NCBI RefSeq assembly: GCF_004010195.1
Contig: NC_057754.1
Coordinates: 4,239,937-4,303,936, forward strand
DNA: 64,000 nucleotides
From: Chiloscyllium plagiosum
Taxonomy: Eukaryota
Direction of reading: 5' to 3'
Position 1 is the stretch's first letter. Each line of letters starts with the position of its first letter. Made by a program: the position numbers and the translations under genes. The notes below the pieces were generated by a model. The model saw nothing but the letters and a program-made list of their open reading frames with translations. It was not told the origin of the DNA and made no database searches. Shown here piece by piece: positions 61,083 through 64,000 of the stretch.

Positions 61083-61408
61083 AGATTAGATTCCCTACAG
61101 TGTGGAAACAGGCACTTTGGCACAAGTCCACACCGACCCTCCGAAGAGTAACCCACCCAGACCCATTCCCCCACCCTATATATACCCCTGACTAATGCAC
61201 CTAAAACTATGGGCAATTTAGCATGGCCAATCCACCCTAACCTGCATGTCTTTGGATTGTGGGAAGAAACTGGAACACCCGGAGGAAACCCATGCAGACA
61301 CAGGGAGAACATGCAAACTCCACACAGATAGTTGCCCAAGGGTGGAATCAAACCCAGGGCCCTGGTGCTATGAGGCAGCAGTGCTAACCACTGAGCCACT
61401 GTGCCGCC
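61083..61408 (-). mobile_element. HE1-like V-SINE
   Basis: Full head, V-domain and (tctaa) tail on the minus strand. Confidence 0.9.
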
Positions 61409-61584
61409 ATGAATTATTTTATTTATAGATCAAAGGAGATACAGCAAGAAATGTTTTGTTGCCACAATCTGGCACCATTTTGAAATATGTAAAGATTAAA
61501 AAGGAAGTACTGAAATAGAATTCATCTTCACTGGGCCGAGACCCAAACACAGCTCCAGGGCTCCTGCAAGATGGCTCTCAAGGA

Positions 61585-62095
61585 GTCATGGAGTCAAAAA
61601 ACACAGAAACAGACCCTTCGGTCCAACCAGTCCATGCTGACTATAATCCCAGCCTAAACCAGTCCCGCCTGCCTGCTCCTGACCCATTTCCCTCCAAACC
61701 CTTTCCTATTCATGTACTTATCCAAATGTCTTTTAAACGTTGAAGTGTACCCACATCCAGTAGTTCCTCAGGAAATTCATTCTGCACACCTCTGTGTAAA
61801 AAAAGTTAAGCATTATTTCATAGAATAAGCAGAAAAATAAAGGAATAAGGTAAGTATCAAAAGGGACAACTTTTTCATACAGAGGGTGGTGCATGCATGG
61901 AATGAGCTGCCAGAGAAAATGGTGGAGGCTGGTACAACGATAACATTTAAAAGGCACCTGGATGAGTACATGGATAGGAAGAGTTTAGAGGCATATGGGC
62001 CAAACTGCAGGCAAATAGGACTAGTTCCATTTAGGAAACTTGGTCAGCATGAATGAGTTGGGCCAAAGGGCCTGTTTCCATGCTGTATGACTCTA
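61585..62095. mobile_element. Two CR1 3' ends in divergent orientation (61585-61800 minus, 61860-62095 plus)
   Basis: Both carry the FKRHLD region and CR1 tail. Confidence 0.8.
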
Positions 62096-63587
62096 AGGGC
62101 TTCCCACAGCCAGACTGTGCAACCACTCACTGAAAGTGGACATCCCCAATAACACATCTCCAACTCTCCTTTTCTGAGCTGAATACAGACATAGAGAGGC
62201 GATGCTTCAGTTACACAGGAAGACAACATCCAGAGTACAGTAATGGTCTCCACGTTGAATGCAGAATGTATATGTTGGAGACAGTTCAAAGAAGGTTGGC
62301 CAAACTACTACCCAGAACAAATGATTGGGTAGCCTTCTGAGGAAGCATTGGACAGGCATGGCTTGTCATGGCATGACATTAGTGAACCAGGCTGGCTTTC
62401 CCCAACAATCAAATCATCATTGGACTCTTAATTCTAGAGATTTTTTGCTAATTTCAATTCAAATTCCACTATCTGCTGTGGTGGGATTTGAATCCGGGTG
62501 CCCGGGCATTATCTGAGTCTCTGCATTAATAGGCCAGCAATAATACCACTAAGCTACCGCCTTCTCATATAACAAATGTCGGAGGTTGAGCTATCTCTGA
62601 ATTCCAGAAACTTCCAATAACGTTGTCACAAATGGATCCATTTGTGGATTGCCTTCTTAAGAGACACCATGTGCCTAGGTTGATCTAGTGTTAATCCTGA
62701 ATGAGCAAGGTGCTATCTGGACAGTAGATCCAAATTTCCAAATTTAATGTAGACTGTGTCCAACTGAGATTTTTTCGGCCATTTTATTTTCTATTACGCT
62801 GAGGCCCTTCTTCCTTTTGCACTCTGTTCCCAGACCAAGAGAAGCGCCCATACCTTCTTTACCTTTTAATTTGAAAATAGCAGGTCGCTACTTCCACGTT
62901 ATTTTGTCACTAGATCAAAAGATTAGTGTTTCCGATTCCTGGAAACAGGACCCAACCACATTCCAGATGGCCAACCATGAAAGAGGTTGTATTTTGGGAG
63001 GGCCGGGAGCTCTGCTAGATACATATGTGGTTGAAAAGTGGCAACAAAATGATTTAACAACATTTCTGATGCAGCTGTAAATTTCTAAACCTTCTGTGTT
63101 GAGGCCATCTGGATTCAATAAATACAATAACTGGAGCCAAATAAAATAAACAAGGTTGTGAAACATTATTTGGTATTTTGTAGGTTCCTTGACAGTGACT
63201 GAAAGGGCCATTGATGGCTCTGATGACCATTCGGGTGGTATCTTGGGGATTTGGCATGATGCACATGCACAAAGAATTAAAATTTCATGTTGGTCATGCC
63301 AGGGTACGCTGAGATGCACGCTCCGCGTTGGCCACACGGCCTGGCATGAGGTTTCCCACCAACTGGGTGTTTTATCTGATGTGGCAATGCTGATGTCATC
63401 TCCCATAACATAAGAAACGTGGCATAAACCGCATGGTATTGAAGGGTCCAACAGATATTTATTACAGTAACTACAGTGCGCAAAGCTCCCATCCCTCAGG
63501 CACATAGGTGCCAGGCTCATATAAGCTTCATGTTTACAGCAGACAAATATCCTTCCAGTGCAGTGTCATGCTTCAAGTGATCCAGGG

Positions 63588-64000
63588 GTATGTGTGAGTG
63601 TGAGAGAGATGGTGTGTGGGCGTGAGAGAGAGGGTGTATGTGTCAGTGCGAGCTTGTGTGCGTCAGTGTGAGTGTGTGTTTGAGACTGTGTTTGTGTGAG
63701 AGCATGTGTGTTTCTGGGTGAGTGTGTGTGGATATGTGAGAGAATGGGTGCAGGTTTGTGAGTGTATGAGTGTGTGAACATGTGTGTGTGTGTGTGATAA
63801 TATGTGTGTTTCTGGGTGAGTGTATGAATTTTGAGAGAGACTGTGGAAGTTTGTGTGAATGTGTGTGATAATAGTTATGTGTGTGTGAATGTGCTTCTGG
63901 GTGAGTATTTCTGTGTGCGTGTGAATGTGTGAGAGAAATTGTGTGTCCGAGTTTGTGTAAGTGTCTGATTTTGTGAATCTATGTGTGTGTGTGTTTGCGT
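63588..64000. repeat. Degenerate (GT/GA)n microsatellite
   Basis: Direct inspection. Confidence 0.9.

Noticed and set aside
54746..64000. Search for the LTBP3 first exon and signal peptide
   Set aside because: No 4-Cys domain or signal-peptide-like exon found; it presumably lies beyond the window.

Overview
Eukaryotic, intron-rich vertebrate DNA, very likely a shark or other cartilaginous fish given the HE1-like V-SINEs and HER1/CR1-like LINEs. The whole window lies inside one minus-strand gene, a latent TGF-beta binding protein most like LTBP3. I reconstructed 15 consecutive GT-AG coding exons between 54745 and 3073 (1929 nt, 643 codons, all phases compatible, including a 17-nt micro-exon). 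They encode EGF, hybrid, cbEGF, 8-Cys TB, hinge and five EGF/cbEGF domains; the first exon and the 3' exons lie outside the window. Exon numbers follow human LTBP3 from memory and are provisional. The introns are mostly CR1 fragments, two tRNA-derived SINE families, one young L1 3' end, Penelope-like and Gypsy remnants, Tc1/mariner-type MITEs, many minisatellites and two assembly gaps. The most striking non-genic signal is a set of short (120-230 bp), mostly palindromic insertions carrying minimal hammerhead-ribozyme cores (CTGANGA...GAAA..TH), six of them flanked by 13-15 bp target-site duplications. They look like non-autonomous Penelope-derived elements, and two of them hit the same anticodon-like arm of a SINE. 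Repeat family names and most repeat boundaries were assigned by eye and are approximate.
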